IMG/VR virus record: IMGVR_UViG_3300010267_000002
DNA length: 56,778 bases
From: a virus
Direction: 5' to 3' (one strand)
Positions 33,723 through 42,753 of this stretch are shown here, piece after piece. The notes beneath the pieces are model-generated. The model made no database searches, was not told where the DNA came from, and worked only from the letters and a program-made list of their open reading frames with translations. The position numbers were made by a program, and so were the translations under genes. The first letter of the stretch is position 1. Every line of letters starts with the position of its first letter.

Positions 33723-33890
33723 ATGACTAAAAGTTTATCCTGTACTAATACCGAACCTATAATGAAACATGGTACCTTGCAGTGCACATGTGGTCAAGAG
33801 TTTTATTTTGAAACTACTAAGGACTGCATAGCTTGTATTAAGTGCAAAAAAATCCATGATGTAAAAGGCTTTCCTATCAAGGGGGGGTAG
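33723..33890 (+). CDS. Small Cys-rich protein (55 aa)
   Basis: Reads MTKSLSCTNTEPIMKHGTLQCTCGQEFYFETTKDCIACIKCKKIHDVKGFPIKGG*. Below the track cutoff. Confidence 0.45.
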   Translation: MTKSLSCTNTEPIMKHGTLQCTCGQEFYFETTKDCIACIKCKKIHDVKGFPIKGG

Positions 33891-33896
33891 AGGCCA

Positions 33897-34469
33897 GTGG
33901 AACTGACGTTTGAAGTATCAATGACGCACAATGATGGTGATAAAACGTTTTGTGGCCATGAACCAAATAATACCTTTATAAAGTACTATCAAGAATCACA
34001 ACGGCTCGGTAATAAAAGTGCTAAGCCATACCTTGGAGACTTTACAAATTTAACATTCAAAGAAGAGCCGCGGCGCATAACGCATCGTGCAGTTGAAAAC
34101 TTTGGTATTAAATCATTTCCGCGCCTTGGCGCTTATGGTTTTTATACACCAAAATATGCTGAAACTAGTTTCATGGTCATACCAATAAACAGACAGTTTC
34201 CATATCATGATATACCAAAAGTCACTATAACTGACACAGGAACTACAATACATCTCAGCATAGATGGAGATTACGAGTGCTACAGAATTATTGTAAGGAA
34301 GGATTACTTTGCTACAGAGTTTATAACGTATGGCACAGAATTTGACTTCGTACCAATGTATGACGGCGAGTGTTTGATATCCGTCTACGGGCACTCAAAT
34401 GAAATAACCGTCACTAGTAACCCTTATGAAGAGTATATTACTCTTGTAGATAGAACGGGGGAAGAATGA
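33897..34469 (+). CDS. Hypothetical protein
   Basis: 190-aa ORF with a GTG start after GGGGGG. Confidence 0.55.
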   Translation: MELTFEVSMTHNDGDKTFCGHEPNNTFIKYYQESQRLGNKSAKPYLGDFTNLTFKEEPRRITHRAVENFGIKSFPRLGAYGFYTPKYAETSFMVIPINRQFPYHDIPKVTITDTGTTIHLSIDGDYECYRIIVRKDYFATEFITYGTEFDFVPMYDGECLISVYGHSNEITVTSNPYEEYITLVDRTGEE

Positions 34470-34505
34470 ACAGACTCTCAAATCAAAAGTGGAGGAGTGG
34501 TGTCG

Positions 34506-35015
34506 ATGGATTCCAATGGTATAGGCTCTTACATTTCTAAGTTATTTGAAAATCATATACTAGTCGCATTGTCGGCTATTGGAGCACTTTTGTACCGTTT
34601 CTTTTTTCCAGAAGAACAATACCTATATGGTACATTAGCTGTGCTAGGTATGATGGCACTAGATCTAATTACTAAGCTATATGCTATTAAAAAGCAGGCT
34701 GGTGGTTGGAGAAAGTCTATCGCTTCATGTAAGATAAGTAGCCAATTGTTTTTTAAGGGTACAATTGATAAACTAATTGTCTTCGGTGTTATGCTAATTA
34801 TATGTGGTTTTGCATATCGGCTAACAATAGTATCTCAAGTTGCTATTTGGTTTACACAGGTTGTATTTACATTGATGTTTTTGAGAGATGCATTATCTAT
34901 AATTGAAAACTTAAGAGATGCTGGTATCAAAAGTTTAGGTCTATTTGAAAAAGTAGTCAGAAAGAAAATGAGCGAATACGTAGACGATAATGATGATGAG
35001 GAGGCGAAGGGATAA
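34506..35015 (+). CDS. Holin (toxin-secretion / LL-H-type holin family)
   Basis: Several transmembrane segments and the motif LRDALSIIENLRDAGI. Start refined to ATG 34506. Confidence 0.7.
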   Translation: MDSNGIGSYISKLFENHILVALSAIGALLYRFFFPEEQYLYGTLAVLGMMALDLITKLYAIKKQAGGWRKSIASCKISSQLFFKGTIDKLIVFGVMLIICGFAYRLTIVSQVAIWFTQVVFTLMFLRDALSIIENLRDAGIKSLGLFEKVVRKKMSEYVDDNDDEEAKG

Positions 35016-35317
35016 TGGAAATAACAACTTTACTAACAATAATTGGTCTGTTAGTAGCTCTAACAAATATTATCACTGAGGTGATAAAGAAAGCAACGTG
35101 GGATAAGATTCCTACATCATTGCTAGCAGTTATAGTTTCTCTAGCGCTAACGCTAGTTGCATTCTTTGCATACTGCCAAATTTCACAGATAGCAGTTACA
35201 TGGTATTTCATCGTCGCTGCTGTGGTAGTAGGCTTTATGGTTGCATATGCAGCAATGTTTGGTTACGACAAACTAAAAGAAGTACTTGAACGGTGGAGGG
35301 TGATTAAAAATGAGTAA
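35015..35317 (+). CDS. Small membrane protein (second holin or holin accessory protein)
   Basis: 100 aa with three hydrophobic segments, between the holin and endolysin genes. Confidence 0.6.
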   Translation: MEITTLLTIIGLLVALTNIITEVIKKATWDKIPTSLLAVIVSLALTLVAFFAYCQISQIAVTWYFIVAAVVVGFMVAYAAMFGYDKLKEVLERWRVIKNE

Positions 35318-36245
35318 CAGCCCATTGGTACAATATGTAAAGATCTCACCTAACAGTACTAACCCAAGAAGGAAAAAGATTAAGAAGATTACAATACATC
35401 ATATGGCTGGTCCATTATCTGTAGAAACATGCGGCGAGATATTTGCAAAGCCGGAGCGCAGAGCAAGTTCGAATTATGCCGTTGGTGTTGATGGCAGGAT
35501 CGCTATGTATGTAGAAGAGAAGAACCGTGCGTGGACTAGTTCTAATTCTGCCAATGATGATGAAGCAGTCACTATAGAAGTTGCTAATAGTGCCGTAGGT
35601 GGTGACTGGCCTGTTAGTGATAAGGTCCTAGCACGAACGATAGACTTATGTGTAGATATTTGCAAACGTAATGGTATAGATAAACTTGTATACACAGGCG
35701 ACAAAAGCGGTAACTTAACAAGGCATGATATGTTCGCTAATACCGTGTGCCCTGGACCATATTTGGGCAGCAAGTTTCCTTACATCGCTGCAGAGGTGAA
35801 CAAAAGACTAGGAGCCCAGACCCCTACCCCCTTTCTAGTAAAGGTTACAGCTGATGCGTTGAATATACGAAGTGGTCCTGGTGTTGCAAATAGCATTACA
35901 GGAACTATAAAAGACAAAGGCATCTATACCATTGTAGATACTATAGATGATTGGGGCAAACTAAAAAGTGGCGTAGGCTGGATACATCTCGGTTACACTA
36001 AACGGTTAGACTCAGCATCATCCGCTCCCACTCCCGCTCCCGCTCCCGCTCCAGCTCCAGCTCCCTACTTGGTTAAGGTTACTGCTAACAAGCTAAACAT
36101 AAGGAGTGGCCCAGGCACTAACTATAAAATACAGGGTGCTATTACAGATAAGGGAACATATACCATTGTAGATACTCAAGGCAGATGGGGCAAGCTTAAA
36201 AGCGGTGCTGGTTGGATATGCTTGGATTATACCAAGAAGATTTAG
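35310..36245 (+). CDS. Endolysin: N-acetylmuramoyl-L-alanine amidase plus two SH3-like wall-binding domains
   Basis: Amidase_2-like ITIHHMAG...NSANDDEAVTIEVAN...CPG. A duplicated FLVKVTADALNIRSGPG...WGKLKSG module is separated by a (PA)n linker. Confidence 0.85.
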   Translation: MSNSPLVQYVKISPNSTNPRRKKIKKITIHHMAGPLSVETCGEIFAKPERRASSNYAVGVDGRIAMYVEEKNRAWTSSNSANDDEAVTIEVANSAVGGDWPVSDKVLARTIDLCVDICKRNGIDKLVYTGDKSGNLTRHDMFANTVCPGPYLGSKFPYIAAEVNKRLGAQTPTPFLVKVTADALNIRSGPGVANSITGTIKDKGIYTIVDTIDDWGKLKSGVGWIHLGYTKRLDSASSAPTPAPAPAPAPAPYLVKVTANKLNIRSGPGTNYKIQGAITDKGTYTIVDTQGRWGKLKSGAGWICLDYTKKI

Positions 36246-36246
36246 C

Positions 36247-36282
36247 ATAATGCCCGGAGATTACCCGGGCATTATATTTCTT
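36247..36282 (+). terminator. Rho-independent terminator after the endolysin gene
   Basis: ATAATGCCCGG-AGATTAC-CCGGGCATTAT followed by ATTTCTT. Confidence 0.7.
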
Positions 36283-36476
36283 ATAATACAGGTAACAGGT
36301 TCGTGATATTAAGGTATATAAACACCTTAAAACATCATTACGAACCTGTATAAAACTTGTTGCAAGTCCACAGAAGCTTCTGTATTATATTATTAAGGAG
36401 TTACCTATAGTTTTTCACGAACCTATGTACTACCGCATTCTTTAATGATAGAATAGAAGAAAAAGGAGGAATTGAA

Positions 36477-37145
36477 ATGTTTAAAGTCAAGATAGGTGTT
36501 TTGGTGTTGGCGATCATATCATTAATAGTTCTGCAACATATTATTCCAAAGGATGAGCCTGCAGTGGAGGAATGTAGTATCGCTGCGACGCCGGAATGTA
36601 GTATCGCTGCGACGCCGGAATGTAGTATCGCTGCGACGCCGGAACCAATAGTAGAAGTTATTGAACAAGAGCCTGTTATGCCAGTAGAAAAACCGGATGA
36701 ACAAGGTCCTGAGATCTACAATGTACCGTTAGATGCTGCGCTGCAGCGCTATACATACAACTTATGTGTAGATTATGAGATTGAAGAGTACTACCCGTTA
36801 GTCCTTGCTGTTATGTGGCGTGAAAGTGAATTTGTGCCAACCCTAATTAGTAAGACAAATGACTACGGTCTCATGCAGATTAACAAGATTAACCACGAAT
36901 GGTTGTCTGAGAAACTTGGAATAACAGACTTCTTAGATGAAGAACAAAATATACATGCAGGTGTATTTATGCTGTCGTTATACCTACATAAATATGAGGA
37001 TATAGATAAGGCTTTGATGGCCTACAACATGGGTGAGGCTGGTGCAAAGAAACGCTGGGACGCTGGGATCTACTCTACTAATTATACGCGGACCACGCGT
37101 GAGCGATTAGAGCTAATACTGTCCGGCGAAGGTTACCAAAAATAA
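36477..37145 (+). CDS. Membrane-anchored lytic transglycosylase (SLT domain)
   Basis: N-terminal transmembrane segment. Motif MWRESEFVPTLISKTNDYGLMQIN. Confidence 0.8.
   Translation: MFKVKIGVLVLAIISLIVLQHIIPKDEPAVEECSIAATPECSIAATPECSIAATPEPIVEVIEQEPVMPVEKPDEQGPEIYNVPLDAALQRYTYNLCVDYEIEEYYPLVLAVMWRESEFVPTLISKTNDYGLMQINKINHEWLSEKLGITDFLDEEQNIHAGVFMLSLYLHKYEDIDKALMAYNMGEAGAKKRWDAGIYSTNYTRTTRERLELILSGEGYQK
36570..36641 (+). repeat. 3 x 24-bp tandem repeat encoding ECSIAATP
   Basis: Direct reading. Confidence 0.9.
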
Positions 37146-37192
37146 TGAATATATAAGAAAGATAATAAATTATCTAAATATCCCAATTTCTA

Positions 37193-37326
37193 AACATTCT
37201 CAACATTCTTAACTTTTTGACATAAAAATCATTTTTTTCAATTTTGAAAATAAAAATCTTTAAAAGTTTTTATACATATAAAATCTTAAGAATAACGCTT
37301 AGAAGGTTGAGAATGTTAAGAATGTT
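37193..37326. promoter_or_regulatory. Paired 9-mers AACATTCTC/AACATTCTT (37193-37210) and their complements (37309-37326), flanking about 98 bp of A/T tracts
   Basis: Direct reading. Confidence 0.45.
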
Positions 37327-37502
37327 GAGATTGTGAGAAAGTAAGATAAAGCTAATTACTCCGCATCACTGGTAGCATCTTGTTCTATGCGTTAACTCTT
37401 GAAGAAAATTCGTAAGAATAGGGGGTTTACTTTTAATGAAATAAAGAGTATAATATTATTAAAGGTACAAAATAAATTTACTAGTTGAAAGGAAGGATTA
37501 CC

Positions 37503-37856
37503 ATGGGTAAAACATTTACAGTGGAACTCACAGTTCCGGAGGGCTTGTCTGCTGGTGACGTATTTACAGCAGAGATCGAGATGCCGGCTCCTGTTAAGAA
37601 GCCGAGAGGTCAGCTTGCTGGCTTGACTCTTGAAGAGATGACCGACGAGCAGTTGAAGAGAGAAATTATCAACGCAAAGTCGGTTCTCTACAAGGCTAAG
37701 CAGCGGGGCGCCTCTGAGGAAACTATTGCTGCAAACCAGGCTAGAGTCGATGCAGCACTTGCTGAAAAAGCAAAAAGAACTGCTGCTGTTGCTAATGCTC
37801 CCGACGCGCCAAATGTTGCGGGCATTATGGATGGAGAGCTCGCTAACGAAATCTAG
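37503..37856 (+). CDS. Small helical protein (KREIINAKS motif, related to the IRxxQSKK proteins)
   Basis: ATG 37503 lies after GAAAGGAAGG. 117 aa. Confidence 0.65.
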   Translation: MGKTFTVELTVPEGLSAGDVFTAEIEMPAPVKKPRGQLAGLTLEEMTDEQLKREIINAKSVLYKAKQRGASEETIAANQARVDAALAEKAKRTAAVANAPDAPNVAGIMDGELANEI

Positions 37857-38306
37857 AGCCCTCACAAGACAATTGGCATCATCGCCAATTGTCTAAAGCC
37901 CATAGGTTACCATTGACCCCCCTTATTTCTGGTAACCCAACAATTATGTGCTTTAGACAGTTGGCGATGACTGGTAATCTGAGTTGGACCTCCCAGTAGT
38001 TTATCTACTGTCCAACTCACTTAGCATATTCTAACGGGTACGTTATGTATATAATAGGAAGACTCCAGTACCGATGCAGCCCTGTCAAGGTGCTGGCACA
38101 AGCTACCGCGTGTATGAGAGGCAGGTAGCTTCACATAAGATTATTCTTGGCAAAGGGAGCTGGGTAAGAGGTTAAGCCCAGTAGAAATCTATCCACAGGC
38201 TAGTCAGACTTATATGTATGACGGCCCGTGGTTGATTATAAAGCTGGTGTACCTTTCTCGCTTTCGGTACATCGGCGTATTATTATAAAGGGCATTGCGT
38301 GTTAAT
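37857..38306 (+). ncRNA. Candidate structured non-coding RNA region (hairpin-dense, no credible ORF)
   Basis: Stems at 37867-37894 (11 bp), 37905-37937 (7 bp), 37981-38018 (9+6 bp, nested) and 38100-38131 (8 bp). Shares 11-mers with islands A and E. Confidence 0.4.
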
Positions 38307-38415
38307 TGTGTGGTGGCGGAATAGGTAGACGCTAGAGTTCGTACACTAGAGGAGTCCCGCACATGAAAAAAGGAACTGAACTCCTCATGCAGGGTGCAAA
38401 TCCCTGCCCACACAA
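38307..38415 (+). ncRNA. tRNA-like element: 7-bp acceptor stem, type-II-like D arm and a T arm, but no canonical anticodon arm
   Basis: TGTGTGG / CCACACA acceptor pairing. TGGCGGAATAGGTAGACGC matches the tRNA-Leu-type D region. T arm GCAGGG-TGCAAAT-CCCTGC. The middle is a 7-bp stem GAGGAGT/ACTCCTC with a 24-nt loop. Confidence 0.45.
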
Positions 38416-38438
38416 TATCATATTATAGGGGGCGTTGC

Positions 38439-40166
38439 GTGTTGAATAACAAGATTCTATTTACAAATAACTACATAGAAGTTAGATGTGACCGTAATGA
38501 TATTGACACGCAAACAAAGCTCGCTTCAATTTATCCTGTTCATGTAAATCGTATAAGAACAAGTTATAGGATGTCTATACACAACACACCTGAGATACTA
38601 AAGTTACTTCGTAATATTGATGAGAATAATATAGACACAGCGCCGCTCGCCATACAAAACTACTTTTATAAGGAGATGCGGTTACGCGATAACGTATCAG
38701 ATTTATTGGCTAATGGTCCAAGACGCTCATGTGTTGTATCAGATAGATTAACGCTAAGACCACACCAGCAACTTGGCCGTGAATTAGCAGAATATTATGA
38801 TAGGTTTGCATTTTTCTATGACACAAGAACTGGTAAGACACCGCTTGCGCTAACTATAATAAAGGATGACATTGTAGCTAACCCCTCACATAAGTGGTTG
38901 GTTGTGTGCCCGTTGATACTTATCTACAATGCTTGGCTTGAAGATGCTGCGAAGTTCTTTCCTGAAATAAAAATCGTTAACTGTCATGCTCAAACAAAGG
39001 CTAAGCGTATAAAGGCAATGCAACAGCAAGCTAATATATACGTTACTAATACTGAATCATTTATAAACTACAAAGAGTACCTCGATAAAATGGGCTTTCA
39101 TGGTGTGTTTGTAGATGAGAGCTCAGATCTTAAGAGCCCAAGATCAAAAGTAAGTAAAGCAATGGTTGAATTTGCACAAACAGTGAATAGATTCTATTTA
39201 TTATCTGGCACACCAGCGCCAAATGGCGAATGGGAATATTATATGCAGATGCGATGCATAGATTACTATGGCTGGCAGCCAAGTTACACCCAGTTTAAAG
39301 AGAGATATTTCATAAACCTATCATATGAGCCTCAGTATGAAAAGCTCGCGCTTAGACCAGATATGAAGGATGAGTTATATAGCAGAATTAAAAAATATTC
39401 TTTATATGTAGATAAAGAGGATGTCCTAAACACGCCTGGGCGTACGTTCCATGAAGTCGAATATGAAATGCCTGAGGAGCTGATGAAGCACTACAGAAAG
39501 CTTAAGAATGAATTGTATGTAGAGCTTGGTAATGATATAAGAATAACTGCTCCAAGCTCCGCAGCAAAACTAAACAAGCTAAACCAGGTTACTTCTGGTT
39601 TTATACTAGATACTCAAGCGGCGAAGGAGAATAAGTTTTATGGTACTGAACTGGCCGAATGGTACTTACTGGATAATTGGCGGTTTAAGGCACTCGAAGA
39701 CTTACTTCAGCAAGATAATATCAAAGGAGAACAAGTTCTTATCTGGGCTAACTACAGAAGAGAGTTCGAGATTATTCAAAGCATTCTCGGCAAACGGTGT
39801 GCCTGCGTTTATGGAGGAACTAACCTTGCTGAAAAGAATGAAGCAATTAGAAAATTCAAGGCCGGGGAGATACAGTACCTGATTGCTAATCCGGCTTCGG
39901 CTGACAAGGGCTTAACGCTTACCAACTGTCACATAGCAATATATTTTAGTCTTAATTGGTCTTATGAACTTTTTAAGCAGTCATACGATAGAATATACGC
40001 GGATAAGTCTATACAGCCAAATCATTGCCACTATTATATAATGATGGCTAAGCACACAATAGATTGCATATTGTATAGAGAGGTTCTTCAGGGTAAGGGT
40101 AACGCAAGCTACTCTGTACTTAACCATCTTAAATCGGAGGCGATTACTGATGCGCATAGACTCTAG
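38439..40166 (+). CDS. SNF2-family helicase
   Basis: Motifs VFVDESSDLK, LLSGTPAPNG and GLTLTNCHIAIYFSLNWSYELFKQSYDRIYA. GTG 38439 lies after AGGGGG; the track start is 38394. Confidence 0.85.
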   Translation: MLNNKILFTNNYIEVRCDRNDIDTQTKLASIYPVHVNRIRTSYRMSIHNTPEILKLLRNIDENNIDTAPLAIQNYFYKEMRLRDNVSDLLANGPRRSCVVSDRLTLRPHQQLGRELAEYYDRFAFFYDTRTGKTPLALTIIKDDIVANPSHKWLVVCPLILIYNAWLEDAAKFFPEIKIVNCHAQTKAKRIKAMQQQANIYVTNTESFINYKEYLDKMGFHGVFVDESSDLKSPRSKVSKAMVEFAQTVNRFYLLSGTPAPNGEWEYYMQMRCIDYYGWQPSYTQFKERYFINLSYEPQYEKLALRPDMKDELYSRIKKYSLYVDKEDVLNTPGRTFHEVEYEMPEELMKHYRKLKNELYVELGNDIRITAPSSAAKLNKLNQVTSGFILDTQAAKENKFYGTELAEWYLLDNWRFKALEDLLQQDNIKGEQVLIWANYRREFEIIQSILGKRCACVYGGTNLAEKNEAIRKFKAGEIQYLIANPASADKGLTLTNCHIAIYFSLNWSYELFKQSYDRIYADKSIQPNHCHYYIMMAKHTIDCILYREVLQGKGNASYSVLNHLKSEAITDAHRL

Positions 40167-40542
40167 GGTATATACAGACGAAGCCGCCTTACTAAAGGCT
40201 GTAATAAGGTGGCTTGAACCGCAACAACGCAACGGTATAAAAGTTATACGTGTCTGCGACAGATACCATTCTGGATACAGCGACTTATTCATATGTGCAA
40301 GAGGCCGTTTCGTGGTTGCCGAGTTAAAAGATGACACAGGTACAGCGACGCCGCACCAAGAGATATTCATTAAAGAGATGATTGCAGCTGGTGCAGTGGG
40401 AGGAATCTGTAGAACTGTGAAGGACGTTGCAGACCTTATTGAAAAAGCTTTATATTGTCAATGTGGCCACACAGGCTCGCTACTTAAGTACTGTGCATAT
40501 TGCGGTAAAGAAATACAGTACGAAGGAGAAGACTATGGATAA
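40150..40542 (+). CDS. VRR-NUC domain nuclease with a C-terminal zinc ribbon
   Basis: Motif SGYSDLFICARGRFVVAELKDDTGTATPHQEIF. Confidence 0.75.
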   Translation: MRIDSRVYTDEAALLKAVIRWLEPQQRNGIKVIRVCDRYHSGYSDLFICARGRFVVAELKDDTGTATPHQEIFIKEMIAAGAVGGICRTVKDVADLIEKALYCQCGHTGSLLKYCAYCGKEIQYEGEDYG

Positions 40543-41092
40543 GATAATAGAGGACAATGCGGGTTTAATATTCGCGCAACTTAAACGTTTTAATGTTATG
40601 CATGACCCTGAAGCGCAGAGTATAGGCTACGAGGCCTTATGGAACGCCGCTATAACATATGATGAATCCAAGGGCTATAAGTTCTCAACGTACGCTACGT
40701 GCTGCATCTACAACGCGCTTGGCTCATACATACGGACGCTAAACAGAAAGCGCCAGTTAGAAGTTGCATCATATAACAACATAGCTTACCAAGAAGATGG
40801 GACCAAACATGAATATTTAGAGTTGCTTTCAACTAATATTGTAGATACAGAACAAGAGCTATTACAGAAGGAGCTTTATTGCACTCTAAATAGAGCTATA
40901 CAAATATCGTATGATAGATTGACAAACCCAAAGCACAAGGCAGTTATTAAGGTGTGGCGCGATGCTGAATACAATATCTCAAATAAGGAGATAGCTGCAG
41001 CCGTAGGAGTCTCTCAGCCGTATGTCAATCATATTATAAATACATTTAAGAATAGTGTCAAAAAAAGAATGAGGGGGTATTTCAATGAATGA
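40535..41092 (+). CDS. Sigma-70 family sigma factor (regions 2 and 4)
   Basis: Region 2-like EALWNAAITYDESKGYKFSTYATCCIYNALGSYIR. Region 4 HTH-like SNKEIAAAVGVSQPYVNHII. ATG 40535. Confidence 0.75.
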   Translation: MDKIIEDNAGLIFAQLKRFNVMHDPEAQSIGYEALWNAAITYDESKGYKFSTYATCCIYNALGSYIRTLNRKRQLEVASYNNIAYQEDGTKHEYLELLSTNIVDTEQELLQKELYCTLNRAIQISYDRLTNPKHKAVIKVWRDAEYNISNKEIAAAVGVSQPYVNHIINTFKNSVKKRMRGYFNE

Positions 41093-42434
41093 AGCTGCTA
41101 AAGTCATTAGTCTAATTCAAAGAACGTCAAGTTACAATGACAAACAGTACTTACTTAAAAAGAATGAGAATGTGCCGGGACTTAAGGAGATACTGAGATT
41201 TATCTATGACCCGTATAACAAGACAGGCATATCAACAGCAAAGTTAAACAAAGCTCTTGCAGAGTTTAAAGGCACAGGCGAAGAAGCTTCTATAACGTAT
41301 CGTGATGCAATAAAGTATTTCAAGTCACATAATACAGGTACAGATTATGATCTGGCGATGGCAGCACGTTTTATTAACTGCACCAAAGCTATGTATTCAG
41401 ATAACCCGTTTGCAGAAGAACTTGCTAAAGCAATAGTTACACAAGACCTACAGATAGGTGTAACAGCTAAGACCTTAAATGCTGTATACGGCAAGAATTT
41501 TATCCCTACTGTGGGATGTATGCTAGGTACTAATATTACTGACATACCCGCGCATAAAATAAAGTGGCCATGCATAGTGACTGAGAAACTGGACGGTATA
41601 CGCAGAATACTTATAAAAGAAAATGGCGTATGTAGATTATTCAGTAGATCTGGACATGAAGATACTGGTTTAGTAGATATAATGGAAGAGGCCCGTTATC
41701 TACCAGATAATCGTGTCTATGATGGTGAGCTATTAGCAATAGGTACTTTTAAAGACTCTGTAGCCCTTAGACAAGCCACGAACTCGCTTGCGAGTACAAA
41801 AGGCATTAAGCACGGCTTGACCTATAATATCTTCGATATGCTGCCCCTTGAGGACTTCTATAATGGAGTATCAGAGGACAACGCACTGGTTAGAAAGATT
41901 CTGTTGGGTGCTACGTTAATGGATGATAGTATACAAAACCTGGGTCTTGATGAATGGCCTAAGTTCATCGCCTCATATGGCGTGCATAAAAACTTACAGT
42001 TTATAAAACCTGTGCCTATTCTAGGATTTGTTAAGAGCATGGCTGAGGTTGAGCCAATAGTTGCAGAGATATGGGCCAGAGGCGGCGAGGGAGTAATGCT
42101 TAACTGCGCCGAAGCGCCTTATGAGTTAAAGAGGTCCAAGTCACTGCTAAAGGTTAAACGTACAGAACAGTACACTCTTAAGGTTGTAGATATGATTGAA
42201 GGCACTGGTAAGTTTGAAGATATGCTGGGTTCTTTAGTGGTAGACTACAAAGGTAACAAGCTCGGAGTCGGCTCTGGTTTCTCCGACGCACAGCGTATAG
42301 AAATATGGGAAAATCCTGAGAAATACATTGGTAAGTTCATTGAGATTGACACCTTTGGTGAATCAACAAACCAGCAAGGTACCAAGTCACTTAATTGCCC
42401 AATATTCAAGCGCTTCGTTGGGGAGGTAGAATAA
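41085..42434 (+). CDS. lig: ATP-dependent DNA ligase
   Basis: Adenylation motif TEKLDGIR, plus DGELLA, EGVMLN and LLKVK motifs. Confidence 0.85.
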   Translation: MNEAAKVISLIQRTSSYNDKQYLLKKNENVPGLKEILRFIYDPYNKTGISTAKLNKALAEFKGTGEEASITYRDAIKYFKSHNTGTDYDLAMAARFINCTKAMYSDNPFAEELAKAIVTQDLQIGVTAKTLNAVYGKNFIPTVGCMLGTNITDIPAHKIKWPCIVTEKLDGIRRILIKENGVCRLFSRSGHEDTGLVDIMEEARYLPDNRVYDGELLAIGTFKDSVALRQATNSLASTKGIKHGLTYNIFDMLPLEDFYNGVSEDNALVRKILLGATLMDDSIQNLGLDEWPKFIASYGVHKNLQFIKPVPILGFVKSMAEVEPIVAEIWARGGEGVMLNCAEAPYELKRSKSLLKVKRTEQYTLKVVDMIEGTGKFEDMLGSLVVDYKGNKLGVGSGFSDAQRIEIWENPEKYIGKFIEIDTFGESTNQQGTKSLNCPIFKRFVGEVE

Positions 42435-42435
42435 T

Positions 42436-42753
42436 GTGAGGTTGAGCATGGATGAAGTGAGGAAACAGCATGAAAGCACTAAAAAGTTATATGAACAAGG
42501 ATTACGGGGTGCAACAGCAAACGTTGAACAAGTGCTTGACTTATTTGATACGATTGAAGCCCTGATCGCCGAAAAGGACAAACTTATAGAATTACTTAAA
42601 GCAGCAAGAAGCCGTTTGCCAAACGTTATGCGATTTTGTGTTTGTGGCAAATGTAAATCTTGCGGTGAGCAAATACCTTATACGAACCATATATATTGTG
42701 ATCATTGTTTAATAATCTTAATCGACAAGGTGATAGGAGGGAAGGAAGGGTGA
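42436..42753 (+). CDS. Hypothetical zinc-ribbon protein
   Basis: 105-aa ORF. Its initiation region is duplicated at 44555-44582. Confidence 0.55.
   Translation: MRLSMDEVRKQHESTKKLYEQGLRGATANVEQVLDLFDTIEALIAEKDKLIELLKAARSRLPNVMRFCVCGKCKSCGEQIPYTNHIYCDHCLIILIDKVIGGKEG

Noticed and set aside
38210-38413. 67-aa minus-strand ORF and the 38394 start of the helicase ORF
   Set aside because: Both overlap the tRNA-like element and lack SD sites. The helicase has a good SD plus GTG at 38439.
38307-38415. Calling this a functional tRNA-Leu/Ser gene
   Set aside because: I could not draw a 5-bp anticodon stem with a 7-nt loop. The T loop has G at the position of the conserved U. I therefore report it only as tRNA-like.
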